From the IMG/VR virus record IMGVR_UViG_3300031237_000002, positions 1,423 to 65,422 of that record: a DNA stretch of 64,000 nucleotides, one strand, 5' to 3'. Both the position numbers and the translations under genes were made by a program. This document shows positions 18,070-27,545 of this stretch, in pieces; positions within the stretch are counted from its first letter, which is position 1, and each line of letters begins with the position of its first letter. Origin of the DNA: a virus. The notes beneath the pieces are model-generated. The model saw only the letters and a list, made by a program, of their open reading frames with translations. It searched no databases and was not told where the DNA came from.

Positions 18070-19653
18070 CTACCTCTTCGGCCTTCTGCCCATTATCACC
18101 TTAGGAGTGCCGCCTTTTGCACCACGAACAAGTTGATCCCGGCGAGCAATCCATTCACCACCATCAACCATGAACTTGGGTCCAGCCGACCACGACATAA
18201 TAACAGCATCACCCTTGTCAGGGGAGCGGCCTAGACGTTTTACAACGTCCTCCTTGGTTTCCAACTTGATCCCTTGCTTGGTGATTTCAAACGTCGGCGC
18301 AGTCAAATCAGCCAGCAACACCGGGTCATCTGGTAGCATGACAGTAGAACCGCCCTCTTGTGATGGGTCCAGTGCTTCGCGGAATCGCCAGTACGCCTCA
18401 GTACGCTTATTGGTGAACTTCAACTGGCGGTCTTTAGTGCGTGTCTCTACGCCCGCTGCGCCCTTGTATGGGACCACTGGAATATTATTCTCCAGCAAGC
18501 ATTCATAGGTAGCACCACCATAGCCGCCGCCCATATCGAGCACGATCACGGCGCCATCTTGGCGATGGGATACGATCATCCCGGCGACGTCCCGGCCAAG
18601 CGGTGTTTCGCGGCCCGGCTTCTCGATCAGCGGGGCAAACCAGTCATCGTGACGTGGGGCCAATACGCTGTTATCCGCACCGCCCTGTGCCACGTCTACG
18701 CCAATGGCACACATTGGCACGCCAAGCCGTGGGCGCTGGGTCCAGCGTTTCTGCGCTTCGCGTACCCACGCGGTAGGGATGCACTGGTTATCATCGTCAC
18801 GGAACGAAGCCATAAATCCGCCCATAAGGATTGAGCGGAATGGTTCAACCATGGCGTCAAGTTCGGCTTGGTAATTAGTGTTTGCCAAATAAGGGTTGTC
18901 GTTAACAGAAGCCGGGATAAACGTACGCGATTTAGGGCGTACTACTTTACCGTCGTCCAGTTCGTAAGGTTCTGGTCCGTCTACTTCTGTATCTTTACCG
19001 TGTTCATCAGTTACGAACCACCGCAGTTCGCCAATCTTTGCAGGGTTATGGTGGCGTGGGTCCAACCACGGCGCAAACATCTGCACTACCCATGCACCTT
19101 CCGAAGACAATGGCGGGTTGGTTGCGATCACCACGCGTGTGCGTTGTTTCGGGTCATCCGCGCACCGTAACCAGCCCATAAGAAAACGGATTTGAACTTC
19201 GGCAAACTGAGTGCCTTCGTCAAATCCGATAAAGTCGTGTGGGTTTCCTTGCCAATGCTGTTCGTCACCTACACGTGCAGCGGCACCGAACTCAATAAAC
19301 TTGTCTTTATTAACCCTTAAACTAGGGGGCGGGCTACCGTTGTAACCCTTACGGGAGCCATTAAACTTAATGGCTTCCTCGACAATAGAACTAAGGTCCG
19401 TGTACTGCTTGCGCATAATCAGGCTACGGCGGTGATTGTTAAACGCCAAGCCAAGCAACAGCGACGTTTTACCACCGCCCGGTTCACCACCATACAGAAG
19501 GATATCCGCTTTGGAGAAATACGCTTCTGTTTGCGGGCCGGGCGAAGGAATCCAGCGCATGCCCTGAGTAGACAACGACGCTTCGTTTAAAACCTTGTTC
19601 CTATCCTCGTCGGATAGAGTAGCCAAGGTTCCAAGTATCTCGTCAAGATTCAT
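18070..19653 (-). CDS. terL: Terminase large subunit
   Basis: Walker A GGEPGGGKT, Walker B GFDEGT, nuclease IGVDVAQGG and SPDKGDA. Start re-set to ATG 19653 (MNLDEIL). Confidence 0.92.
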   Translation of the reverse strand: MNLDEILGTLATLSDEDRNKVLNEASLSTQGMRWIPSPGPQTEAYFSKADILLYGGEPGGGKTSLLLGLAFNNHRRSLIMRKQYTDLSSIVEEAIKFNGSRKGYNGSPPPSLRVNKDKFIEFGAAARVGDEQHWQGNPHDFIGFDEGTQFAEVQIRFLMGWLRCADDPKQRTRVVIATNPPLSSEGAWVVQMFAPWLDPRHHNPAKIGELRWFVTDEHGKDTEVDGPEPYELDDGKVVRPKSRTFIPASVNDNPYLANTNYQAELDAMVEPFRSILMGGFMASFRDDDNQCIPTAWVREAQKRWTQRPRLGVPMCAIGVDVAQGGADNSVLAPRHDDWFAPLIEKPGRETPLGRDVAGMIVSHRQDGAVIVLDMGGGYGGATYECLLENNIPVVPYKGAAGVETRTKDRQLKFTNKRTEAYWRFREALDPSQEGGSTVMLPDDPVLLADLTAPTFEITKQGIKLETKEDVVKRLGRSPDKGDAVIMSWSAGPKFMVDGGEWIARRDQLVRGAKGGTPKVIMGRRPKR

Positions 19654-20554
19654 CTTTTTTACCAAATCCAATAGGGCATGGATCAACCACGCATTCCGCA
19701 CAATACCGATGTGGATCAGCATGCGGGCAATCGTCTAGACGTTCTGGCTCTGGATCTTTAACTTCGGCCATCTCAAACTTATATTGCTGCATCGCTGCAA
19801 CCATAGGCGGCTCAAGGAAACGATCAGACGGACCATCCACATTACCCATCCAATCCATCTCTGCCCACTCAAGATCCTCAAGCGCGCCGCGTAGGTACAG
19901 GGTTTCATCCTTGGCGTTCTGCTGCACTTGCAGCGCCTGATTTACCCGGCCTTCCAGTTCCCGGCGCCGTGCCAGAATCTTAATCCGTGCGTGGGACGTT
20001 TCACTTACACCATAAAGAGGCGATGGCCGGAACAAGTCAGACTCTGGCGGTACACCAACCTCGATGCCATGCGCCTTGGCGATGATCGCAAAGTATTGGC
20101 ATCCCAAACGCTGATCCTTATATTCGCTGGCCGCTGCCATATCCACGCCGAACAGGCCAATGCGTTTAAAACCGCACTCGATGGCCATCGCCATCATATA
20201 AGCCAATGACGACGTGAAGAAATAGGGGGAGTATTTCTGGATTAAATCGACAAGTGGCAACTCAATAGAGTTTGGAATCTCTGGACGTTTCTCGGCCATC
20301 CAGACAGGACCGGGATAACGCGCAAGGAACTGGCAATACTCAGGGCTGAACCACGGTTGCCCCGGTTCGAAGCGGTGCAGCTCTACCCATGCTTCTGTAC
20401 GCGGTGCTACACCATAGACGCCGGGGCTGCATCCGCACATTGCCCAGTCTGGATTACCATACGGCGCCAGATTAATAGAACTAGGCGCAGAGCCAAGCAG
20501 GCAGATGTTATCTGCTTCCGTATTAAAGTATTTTTTACGAAGCTCAAGTGACAT
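19643..20554 (-). CDS. Candidate sialyl/pseudaminyl-transferase-like protein (Maf/DUF115/GT29-like motifs)
   Basis: ICLLGSAPS and FTSSLAYMMAMAIECGFKRIGLFGVDM resemble the GxGPS and GFkxIyLxGxD motifs of CMP-nonulosonate transferases. Start at ATG 20554 with GGAG RBS. Confidence 0.5.
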   Translation of the reverse strand: MSLELRKKYFNTEADNICLLGSAPSSINLAPYGNPDWAMCGCSPGVYGVAPRTEAWVELHRFEPGQPWFSPEYCQFLARYPGPVWMAEKRPEIPNSIELPLVDLIQKYSPYFFTSSLAYMMAMAIECGFKRIGLFGVDMAAASEYKDQRLGCQYFAIIAKAHGIEVGVPPESDLFRPSPLYGVSETSHARIKILARRRELEGRVNQALQVQQNAKDETLYLRGALEDLEWAEMDWMGNVDGPSDRFLEPPMVAAMQQYKFEMAEVKDPEPERLDDCPHADPHRYCAECVVDPCPIGFGKKDES

Positions 20555-20570
20555 GCGATTTCTCCACAAT

Positions 20571-20594
20571 AAAAGAAGCCCCCTTGCGGGGGCT
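20571..20594 (-). terminator. Intrinsic terminator
   Basis: AGCCCCC-GCAA-GGGGGCT followed by TCTTTT on the minus strand. Confidence 0.8.
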
Positions 20595-20602
20595 AATCAG
20601 TC

Positions 20603-21055
20603 TTATGTCGTAGCTTGGAAACCATTACCTGATGCAGTGGCTACGTAAGTCAGCCAAATGGCAGTGGTCGCGCCAATCAACTCTACAGGAACCCCAAGAG
20701 TGGACAGCTTAACCGTGGCTTGCGTAGTACCAGCGGAACTGAAAATCAACGCGTTAAGCGTGTTGACATAAACAGGACCGTTAGCAGTGCTGCTGACCAG
20801 TACCTTGCGAACGCCGGGTACTGGAGGTTCAAGGTTATATACGGCGCTGGAACCGGCACTGGTGCCAAGGTTCATGCTATAGCCGTAAGGTTTTATGTTG
20901 GTGCCCGTGCTTTCGTTAGTGGTTACACCAACACGAAAGTCATCAGGCCCTACAAGATACTCACTACGCGAACCGCCTGATTCACCAGTGGTCAAACGTT
21001 GCAAGCCCAAACGACGACCAAAGATCGAAGTAAGAATGCGATTATTAAAAGCCAT
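20603..21055 (-). CDS. Ser/Thr/Gly-rich probable virion protein
   Basis: 150 aa, beta-rich, high S/T content, GAGG RBS. Confidence 0.6.
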   Translation of the reverse strand: MAFNNRILTSIFGRRLGLQRLTTGESGGSRSEYLVGPDDFRVGVTTNESTGTNIKPYGYSMNLGTSAGSSAVYNLEPPVPGVRKVLVSSTANGPVYVNTLNALIFSSAGTTQATVKLSTLGVPVELIGATTAIWLTYVATASGNGFQATT

Positions 21056-21088
21056 GTCACACCTCTGCTATTTGCTATTGCTAATGAG

Positions 21089-21184
21089 TTAACCGCGATA
21101 CTGCTTTCCCTTTTGTTTCGTACGTCCCTTTTTCTTTACCACCTTGGCAGATTTCTTTTTAGGTGGATCATTTATAAGTGTCAT
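21089..21184 (-). CDS. 31-aa Lys-rich peptide MTLINDPPKKKSAKVVKKKGRTKQKGKQYRG
   Basis: Translated by hand; starts 1 nt after the upstream stop. Below the ORF-track cutoff. Confidence 0.5.
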   Translation of the reverse strand: MTLINDPPKKKSAKVVKKKGRTKQKGKQYRG

Positions 21185-21185
21185 T

Positions 21186-21575
21186 TTAATCAGCCTGTGC
21201 TACTTCGGCCAAGCCGATTACAAGAGTGCGGGCGGCTGCCTGAGCTACTGCAACGCCTGCCGTGGTTTTAGACACCAGTTGAATATGTTGCAGCCCGGCA
21301 AAAATAAGCGGGTCAAAAACGACTACGCGGTTAGCCGACGTAAGATAAGTCAGATGATCGCCAGCGGTGTTATAAACCGGATAGTAGTTTGTGCTTCCGT
21401 CCACTGACGCTTGGAACCCGATAGTGGCATCAGTCCATGCAGTGGACATCTGGATAGAAGAAAGCGTAAGCCCTGAAATGTTAATCGAACGGCTTACGCC
21501 ATCAGCGGCGGTTGATAAGTCAACCGTGGCATAACCACGGCTACTTGGTTTTGACCGGAACAGTTGAGTCGCCAT
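21186..21575 (-). CDS. Probable virion jelly-roll/decoration-like protein
   Basis: Start re-set to MATQLFRSK; S/T-rich beta protein with conserved W and F..S.DG motif. Confidence 0.6.
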   Translation of the reverse strand: MATQLFRSKPSSRGYATVDLSTAADGVSRSINISGLTLSSIQMSTAWTDATIGFQASVDGSTNYYPVYNTAGDHLTYLTSANRVVVFDPLIFAGLQHIQLVSKTTAGVAVAQAAARTLVIGLAEVAQAD

Positions 21576-22038
21576 TATCAATCCCCTTAATATCGTTAAT
21601 TGCTTTAGATAAAGTAAAAGCGACTCTGCGAGCCGCTTCAATTTCAGTCATTGTGTCAACGGGGATAAGCGTACCCCCTGTGGTTTCGTGTTCAACCTTC
21701 GACTTCCACTGTTCAGGGTGCTTGTTGGTCAACCAAAAGATACAAGCCGGGATGTTAGCTTCGACGTGAACCTGCTCACGCATCATACCATCTTTGGTTT
21801 CTTTCCACTTGATGTAGTCATAGCCGAGGGCTTTCTTGTACAGGGCTGCCAGCACTTTGGTACTGGCATGATAGGCGCCGTCGTCCCACGCATAGGAAAA
21901 CTCGGGGTAGCGATCACGCCACGCCCGCAACATACCTACGGAAATTCCAAGCAAGTTGGCAATCTCCATTTCTGTACACCCCAGCATGCACAAGTCGCGT
22001 GCGCGGGCGGCGTAACTGGGATCATATTCGGTAATCAT
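21541..22038 (-). CDS. terS: Terminase small subunit
   Basis: HTH-like GCTEMEIANLLGIS...LRAWRDRYPEF, LYKKALGY and ACIFWLTNKHPEQW motifs. Confidence 0.75.
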   Translation of the reverse strand: MITEYDPSYAARARDLCMLGCTEMEIANLLGISVGMLRAWRDRYPEFSYAWDDGAYHASTKVLAALYKKALGYDYIKWKETKDGMMREQVHVEANIPACIFWLTNKHPEQWKSKVEHETTGGTLIPVDTMTEIEAARRVAFTLSKAINDIKGIDNGDSTVPVKTK

Positions 22039-23024
22039 TCTAGATCGTTCCCTAACATGGGTGTACCGGCTTTCATGTCATGCCGGGCTTTCATGCCAAC
22101 GAATATATCAAAATTACTAGGGTTAGCGCCATAGTTAGGTCGAAGTATAGCCAGATCATCAGCGGTTATTACATGCCCGGCTTCTACATCTTTCACCAGC
22201 CAGATCGAGCGCCGGTATTGGAAGCTATCCTTCTCGCTTTCCCGACAGCCGAACGTCGCTTCTCCCATGGCCCTAGCTGCTTGGCGTGATGCAGTAACCA
22301 TGCTCCTGAATTCGTCAGGCTCTAGTGAAAACTTGGCGTCAGGCCCACCATCCCTACGGGACAAGGTAAGGTGTTTCTCTATGACTATTGCGCCCAAGGC
22401 CACAGCGGCAATGGCGGCAACATTACTAAGGCTATGGTCAGACAGCCCCACATGGAAATTGTGATTACGCATTCTAACCAAGGTTTCCAGATTAAAGTCT
22501 TCTGCGTTAGCAGGATATGCAGAAATGCAATGCAGATAAGTAATATCAGTTGCACCGTTACTCCTTGCCACTTCGTCAGCTTTATAAATTTCTGATAGCT
22601 CTGCCATGCCGGTAGAAATAATCAGCGGTTTGCGGGTTTGTGCACACGCGGCAATCAGCGGCAAGTGAATAATTTCAGGCGATGCGATTTTATAAATTGG
22701 GCAATCCAACTCAGTTAAAAACTCTACTGCACTTTCAGAAAACGGCGAAGCAAATGGTACGATGCCAATGCTACGCGCAAAGGTAAACAGTTCTTCGAAC
22801 CACCACAACGGCGTTACGCCTTCCCAATACAGTTCGCGGTAATTCTTACCAGCCCATGGTCCTGACTCTATTATCACATCAGCAGCTATCTCGCTAGGCG
22901 TGTACATCTGGAATTTAACAGCGTCAGCGCCAGCCGTCTTAGCCGCCATTATAAGATCAAGAGCGCGATGCTTATCGCCCAAGTGGTTACAGCTTATCTC
23001 GGCAATGATGAATGGATTAGTCAT
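22035..23024 (-). CDS. pseI: Pseudaminic/sialic acid synthase (NeuB/PseI family, C-terminal SAF domain)
   Basis: IIAEISCNHLG, ADAVKFQ, YKIASPE, STGMA, LHCISAYP, GLSDHS, IEKHLTL, RRSI motifs. Confidence 0.9.
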   Translation of the reverse strand: MTNPFIIAEISCNHLGDKHRALDLIMAAKTAGADAVKFQMYTPSEIAADVIIESGPWAGKNYRELYWEGVTPLWWFEELFTFARSIGIVPFASPFSESAVEFLTELDCPIYKIASPEIIHLPLIAACAQTRKPLIISTGMAELSEIYKADEVARSNGATDITYLHCISAYPANAEDFNLETLVRMRNHNFHVGLSDHSLSNVAAIAAVALGAIVIEKHLTLSRRDGGPDAKFSLEPDEFRSMVTASRQAARAMGEATFGCRESEKDSFQYRRSIWLVKDVEAGHVITADDLAILRPNYGANPSNFDIFVGMKARHDMKAGTPMLGNDLE

Positions 23025-23172
23025 GCTTAACCTCTTCGCACTCTTCTGGATGGGTAAGATAATAATGTATCTGCTCTAACGTAAGCGGGCCATCCGGTAG
23101 CTTATACCACTTAGCTGCCATAGCTTCTTTCATACGCTCAATGTCGAAATTGCACTCGTCATCGTCATTCAT
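23017..23172 (-). CDS. Small acidic hypothetical protein (51 aa)
   Basis: MNDDDECNFD...; overlaps both neighbours. Confidence 0.5.
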   Translation of the reverse strand: MNDDDECNFDIERMKEAMAAKWYKLPDGPLTLEQIHYYLTHPEECEEVKHD

Positions 23173-23566
23173 GTTGATAGGTCGTCTGAATGAATTTAAA
23201 GCCAAGGCTTTCGAAGAATTTGCGGGACGCTTCGTTATCAGGATTAATGTTAGCCAAGAACGGACCTTCAAACCGGCGCAGCATTTCTTCGATGGCCGCT
23301 TTACCGTAGCCTTTACCGTGATGCTTGTTAAACACAAAAATGCCCAGCTCGTTGGCATGGGTCAGGTAGGTAGCGCCAACAGGTTCGCCGCCATCGGTAA
23401 TCAAATACCAAACCTGATACGGCACAGATTTAACGAACCGCGTATGCTCGCCAAAGGTTGGCATAGCCTTATGTGATATAGCCTGATTAGGCGTACGTTC
23501 CAGCAGCAGTTTATAAAGCGTGTTGATGTCTTCGCGTGAATGCGTGTCAACGATGCGCAGATTCAT
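23165..23566 (-). CDS. GNAT N-acetyltransferase (PseH-like)
   Basis: HHGKGYGK acetyl-CoA loop, NEASRKFFESLGF motif; lies in the sugar cluster. Confidence 0.8.
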   Translation of the reverse strand: MNLRIVDTHSREDINTLYKLLLERTPNQAISHKAMPTFGEHTRFVKSVPYQVWYLITDGGEPVGATYLTHANELGIFVFNKHHGKGYGKAAIEEMLRRFEGPFLANINPDNEASRKFFESLGFKFIQTTYQHE

Positions 23567-24318
23567 AGCCGTACCTCCCAACCTTTGCTAGCCAAATATT
23601 CGCAAGCCTCTTTAGGCGTGCTGTCTGTCCACTGGAAAAAAGCCCCGGCTGCCACGGCACTTGCACCAACCTTAAGTGCCCGGTTCATGTGCTCATAAGA
23701 GCCGCAACCGCCGTTAGCGATAACTGGAATCGAAACCTCTTTAGCGATCTTGCGGATTAGCCCCAAGTCATAGCCGTTCATCATGCCGTCATTCTTAATG
23801 CCAGTGATGATTAGCTCTCCAGCCCCGCGTGCTTCCATTTCATGCGCGAAGGCAACCGGGCTATAGAAGTGCTGTCGCGTACCGCAGCGCGTCACCAGTG
23901 CCCACGAATAGCCATCCCACAAAGCGTCAATGGCTACGCATATAGCCTGACTGCCGAACCGACTAGCGCATTTACCAATCAATGCAGGATCGTCGTAGGC
24001 AGCGGTTCCAATCACGACTTTATCAGCGCCGCTCGCCAGCAGCGTGCGTACTTGGTCGATGTGCGTAATACCGCCGCCCGCTGTCACTGGCATAAAGCAT
24101 TGGTCGGTCAGCTCTTTAATCATGGAATAGTTAGGGCCTTGCGATTGCAGCGTAGCGCCAACATCCAATACGATAAGTTCATCAACACCACGGGCTTGGT
24201 GAATCTTGGCGGCTTGAAAGATGTTGCCGACAACGCGGGACGAATCAAACCGCTTACCTTTAACCAGTGCGCTATTACGCATAAGCAGCACTGGTATAAC
24301 CCTATGCGCTAGTCCCAT
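23563..24318 (-). CDS. HisF-like cyclase-family protein associated with acetamidino sugar modification (WbuZ-like)
   Basis: RVIPVLL, GVDELIVLD, GGGI, GADKVVIGTAA, DGMMNGYD, ANGGCGS motifs; adjacent to the amidotransferase. Confidence 0.85.
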   Translation of the reverse strand: MGLAHRVIPVLLMRNSALVKGKRFDSSRVVGNIFQAAKIHQARGVDELIVLDVGATLQSQGPNYSMIKELTDQCFMPVTAGGGITHIDQVRTLLASGADKVVIGTAAYDDPALIGKCASRFGSQAICVAIDALWDGYSWALVTRCGTRQHFYSPVAFAHEMEARGAGELIITGIKNDGMMNGYDLGLIRKIAKEVSIPVIANGGCGSYEHMNRALKVGASAVAAGAFFQWTDSTPKEACEYLASKGWEVRL

Positions 24319-24319
24319 T

Positions 24320-25393
24320 TTAATCCTCCACTAACTCAGGCCGCGAAAACCGGTTAATCGTGGCTTGCAATTCAGCGATTGTCATGTCGATACGTTCCAG
24401 AATCTGGCGAATCGGTACGCCCGCGTAGTGATGTGGGAAGCGCATACCGATTTGAAACAATTCTTCCATGGCATCTGCGCGGCTGATTACACCATTGCGG
24501 ATATCCACGGACAATTGAGCGCATGCCCGACCATAGCCATACTTGCGGTGCATCATGTAGTCATGCAACCCGGTCATGGCGTTATCCAGATTTTCGAAGT
24601 TCCACCAGTTAGCCGGGGATGGCATCTTAATGCGCATGCCTGCTTCGACTGCTACATCAGCGTTACGCCGACTATTCCACGGGCCAAGGTACTGGCCAAG
24701 GAAGTGCATTTCACAACCGGACTTGCGAATAGCCGTAGCATCTGGCGCTTGGTAATCCTGCATGTCGCGCTTGGTTATACCTTCCAGCCCAACCATATCG
24801 CTTGCTCTTAAACCGAGGAAGCCGCCGAACTCACTCACCCAGCGTTGAGTCATTTGCCGCGCTTCTTGTGAGCCGATAGGGCCACCATATGCCGCTTGCG
24901 GATTTTCTCCATAAAATACGAGTGGGATGCCGAATTTCACGGCCATGTTTAGAGGGGTAGTAAAAATAGCTACGTGCTCTGGCCATGAAATGTCACCAAC
25001 CATAGTCAGCCCGAGATAGTTAAGCCGTGCCCGTACTTCCTGATTCGGCGTTACCTCAATGGTACTGGCATAACGTGACAAGTTGCGGATGTTGTAGTGA
25101 CCTAACTCTGTCAGCATACATGTGGTAGCTGTAACGAGTAGAGGACGAACACCAAGCTTAATAAGATCCATAACTTGAGCCGTAGAATCTTTACCACCAG
25201 ACGAAGCGACAATACAGTCGTAGCCACTACTATTAGTACGGCCACGTTCCAACAATCTAACCAAGTCGTTTTTTCGTCCATCCCAATCGATCCTCTTTTG
25301 TTCATCATGGGAAAGGCAAGCACTGCATACGCCATTAACGAATGCAGTGTCTGGCCTTGTATCTGGCATTAAACAGCGCGTGCATCTATTCAT
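24320..25393 (-). CDS. N-acetyl sugar amidotransferase (WbuX/PseA family)
   Basis: CTRCLMPDTRP, CSAC, YDCIVASSGGKDS PP-loop, GENPQAAYGG, KYGYGRA. Start re-set to ATG 25393. Confidence 0.88.
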   Translation of the reverse strand: MNRCTRCLMPDTRPDTAFVNGVCSACLSHDEQKRIDWDGRKNDLVRLLERGRTNSSGYDCIVASSGGKDSTAQVMDLIKLGVRPLLVTATTCMLTELGHYNIRNLSRYASTIEVTPNQEVRARLNYLGLTMVGDISWPEHVAIFTTPLNMAVKFGIPLVFYGENPQAAYGGPIGSQEARQMTQRWVSEFGGFLGLRASDMVGLEGITKRDMQDYQAPDATAIRKSGCEMHFLGQYLGPWNSRRNADVAVEAGMRIKMPSPANWWNFENLDNAMTGLHDYMMHRKYGYGRACAQLSVDIRNGVISRADAMEELFQIGMRFPHHYAGVPIRQILERIDMTIAELQATINRFSRPELVED

Positions 25394-25473
25394 ATAAACC
25401 ACCACACCATAAAAATAATTGCAGCAGTTACGCCCATAGCGATAAGGCTGTAAAGGACATCAGGCTCAATCAT
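25390..25473 (-). CDS. 27-aa membrane peptide
   Basis: MIEPDVLYSLIAMGVTAAIIFMVWWFI; overlaps neighbours on both sides. Confidence 0.45.
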   Translation of the reverse strand: MIEPDVLYSLIAMGVTAAIIFMVWWFI

Positions 25474-25570
25474 CGTTGTCTTCCTCGTCAATGTCAGAGA
25501 AATAAACAAACATGCAGCCGATCATGATAATCAGCCCTACAGCAATCAGCGCGTAGCCAAAGTAGTCCAT
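25466..25570 (-). CDS. 34-aa membrane peptide
   Basis: MDYFGYALIAVGLIIMIGCMFVYFSDIDEEDNDD with GGAG RBS. Confidence 0.5.
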   Translation of the reverse strand: MDYFGYALIAVGLIIMIGCMFVYFSDIDEEDNDD

Positions 25571-25571
25571 G

Positions 25572-26177
25572 TTATTTCTCCAGCAGGAAATAGGTAAGGT
25601 CGTAACCGTTGTCCTTGTGGTACTTGAACCCATAGTCCAGCAGCTTAAGATCAGGGTACATTTCCATAATCTTGTGCGCGAAGTCGTCAATCCACAACGC
25701 TGACCCTTGCCCGTGGTATTCCACTTCGCGCCGTACTGGCGAGTAGTATTCGGCAATGCAGATGTACTTCGACGAGCTGTTATAAATCTTTGCCAGCGTA
25801 GGGTTAAGTGCCGCGCTTGGTACATGCATCAGGAAACCACGGGTAATCACCAGTGGATATTGTTGTTGCAATGGGATGTCGAGGAACGCGCCAAGTCGTG
25901 CGCCAGTCCGTGACGCCAGTTCTTTATAAGCCTGTTCGTTTACTTCAATGCCCAAGCATTGGGTAGAAGTTGGTGAACCAAATGCCAACTTACGCGCCTC
26001 ATGGATAGCAACAAGGTTTTCGCCTTTGCCAGCGCCGGGCTCAAGTACAGAGTGAGCGTCACCAAGCACCCTATGCCCAAGCACATCCATCCAAAATATT
26101 GAACGATCTTCGAACTTGTTGCGCGTGTGATAGTCAGTACCAAACCCGCTAGACCACATCTTTTCTTGCTTGTTCAT
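25572..26177 (-). CDS. SAM-dependent methyltransferase (pseudaminic-acid-cluster-associated type)
   Basis: WSSGFGTDYHTRN, VLEPGAGKGENL, GIEVN, YICIAEYYSP, YHGQGSALW motifs. Confidence 0.8.
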   Translation of the reverse strand: MNKQEKMWSSGFGTDYHTRNKFEDRSIFWMDVLGHRVLGDAHSVLEPGAGKGENLVAIHEARKLAFGSPTSTQCLGIEVNEQAYKELASRTGARLGAFLDIPLQQQYPLVITRGFLMHVPSAALNPTLAKIYNSSSKYICIAEYYSPVRREVEYHGQGSALWIDDFAHKIMEMYPDLKLLDYGFKYHKDNGYDLTYFLLEK

Positions 26178-26401
26178 TAGCAGTTCTGCCCGGTAACTTG
26201 AGAGTAATCGACGATTACGTCAGACGACGTAACATAAATGCCAGTGATTTGTTCCTTATCACCAACGTGGCCGCGTGCAATGCTCATGGCATCTTGCAGT
26301 GTGCCAGTCACCACGGTGAATGTACGGCCATAGCCGGGCGCACCACCAATGCCCGCGCCCTGCACTGCTTTAGGCTCAACGTTTACTTGATAGACATTCA
26401 T
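26177..26401 (-). CDS. Hypothetical protein
   Basis: 74 aa, tightly packed in operon. Confidence 0.55.
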   Translation of the reverse strand: MNVYQVNVEPKAVQGAGIGGAPGYGRTFTVVTGTLQDAMSIARGHVGDKEQITGIYVTSSDVIVDYSQVTGQNC

Positions 26402-27016
26402 TCATGCTCTCCCGATTGGGTTGCAATATCGTGGATTTAAAACTTCATACATTTGCTCTGCCCGTGCCCAATCCTCTGGCGTGTTGATGTCGCATACCCG
26501 TGAAGCGTCTACATGGATCAACCGCGTATGCTTGGTAATCAGTGGCGAGCCACCTTTAAAGCTGAATGCCATGCCCCAATAGAATTGGGCTGCATCCTGT
26601 AACGGTGGGTAGCCAGCAGACATAACGTATTCCACATAGTCACCACGCCAGCCGGACAGGATCACATAACCGGCCAGTAAATCTGCTACATCCATCAGCG
26701 GTGCAGTGGCGTACAGGCAACAGACATGATCGTAATCAAGTATTCCTTTACCATTAATGCAGTCAGCTACTACTTCTTGCGTGCCTGCAAACACCAATGA
26801 CGGATCACGCCTACGCCATACCTCTGCGCCATATTCCTTTGCAATCTTGGATATCTCTACATCGTCCGTCGATACAATGATACGGCTAAACAACCCACTG
26901 GCTTGTGCCTTCTCGATGCTATAAGCAATGATTGGCTTGCCGTGGAAGTCCTTGATGTTCTTGCGCGGGATGCGTTGACTGCCACCCCGTGCAGGAATAA
27001 TGCATATAGTGCTCAT
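26402..27016 (-). CDS. pseF: CMP-nonulosonate synthetase (PseF/NeuA cytidylyltransferase)
   Basis: IIPARGGSQRIPRKNIK, IIVSTDD, CCLYATAP, QDAAQFYWG, DINTPEDW. Confidence 0.9.
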   Translation of the reverse strand: MSTICIIPARGGSQRIPRKNIKDFHGKPIIAYSIEKAQASGLFSRIIVSTDDVEISKIAKEYGAEVWRRRDPSLVFAGTQEVVADCINGKGILDYDHVCCLYATAPLMDVADLLAGYVILSGWRGDYVEYVMSAGYPPLQDAAQFYWGMAFSFKGGSPLITKHTRLIHVDASRVCDINTPEDWARAEQMYEVLNPRYCNPIGRA

Positions 27017-27225
27017 TACTTGGTGAACTGGCTAAGTGGAGCGAAGCCGCCGTACATGTTGCACGGTTCTTGCCACTCGGCTGCGCACTTCTCGTTACCC
27101 TCAACGAAGCGCGTCCAAGTAATGCCGCTCAAGGTTTCGAAGTCGCTGGTCAGCTTATAGCCAGCACCGAAGACGCCAGCACTGAAAGCCAGCAACACTA
27201 CAACGAACCAGATAAAGTATTTCAT
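27016..27225 (-). CDS. Small single-pass membrane protein with KC-x7-CN-x4-FAP motif
   Basis: 69 aa, N-terminal TM; motif shared with 41055-41282. Confidence 0.6.
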   Translation of the reverse strand: MKYFIWFVVVLLAFSAGVFGAGYKLTSDFETLSGITWTRFVEGNEKCAAEWQEPCNMYGGFAPLSQFTK

Positions 27226-27545
27226 TACAGAACCTCTGCCAGTACGACATCAACGATTTGGCAAGCCGCGTATTTAGGCTTGCGATTGGATAGTGAACGC
27301 ATCACATGTTCGACACGCTGGATAATCCGAAGGCGTTTAACATCGGATATACCCGTGGTTTGCATTTGAATCTCAACGCCGCAATCCTCTGCAAGATGCA
27401 GCATGGTGTTAGCGAACTCGACGGACTGGTAAGGGTCAAGGAAATAGCAACGTTCCTCGGCCTGATTACCCGTTTCGGTTTGAGCACGAATGACGATCTG
27501 AGTGTGGTCGTCATTCGTCTCAATGCTAAGTTTGACGCCACTCAT
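27225..27545 (-). CDS. Hypothetical protein
   Basis: 106 aa, overlapping stop/start with neighbours. Confidence 0.6.
   Translation of the reverse strand: MSGVKLSIETNDDHTQIVIRAQTETGNQAEERCYFLDPYQSVEFANTMLHLAEDCGVEIQMQTTGISDVKRLRIIQRVEHVMRSLSNRKPKYAACQIVDVVLAEVL

Noticed and set aside
23563-24318. Histidine-biosynthesis auxiliary gene
   Set aside because: No other his genes; adjacency to the WbuX/PseA amidotransferase matches the sugar-amidination use of HisF paralogs.
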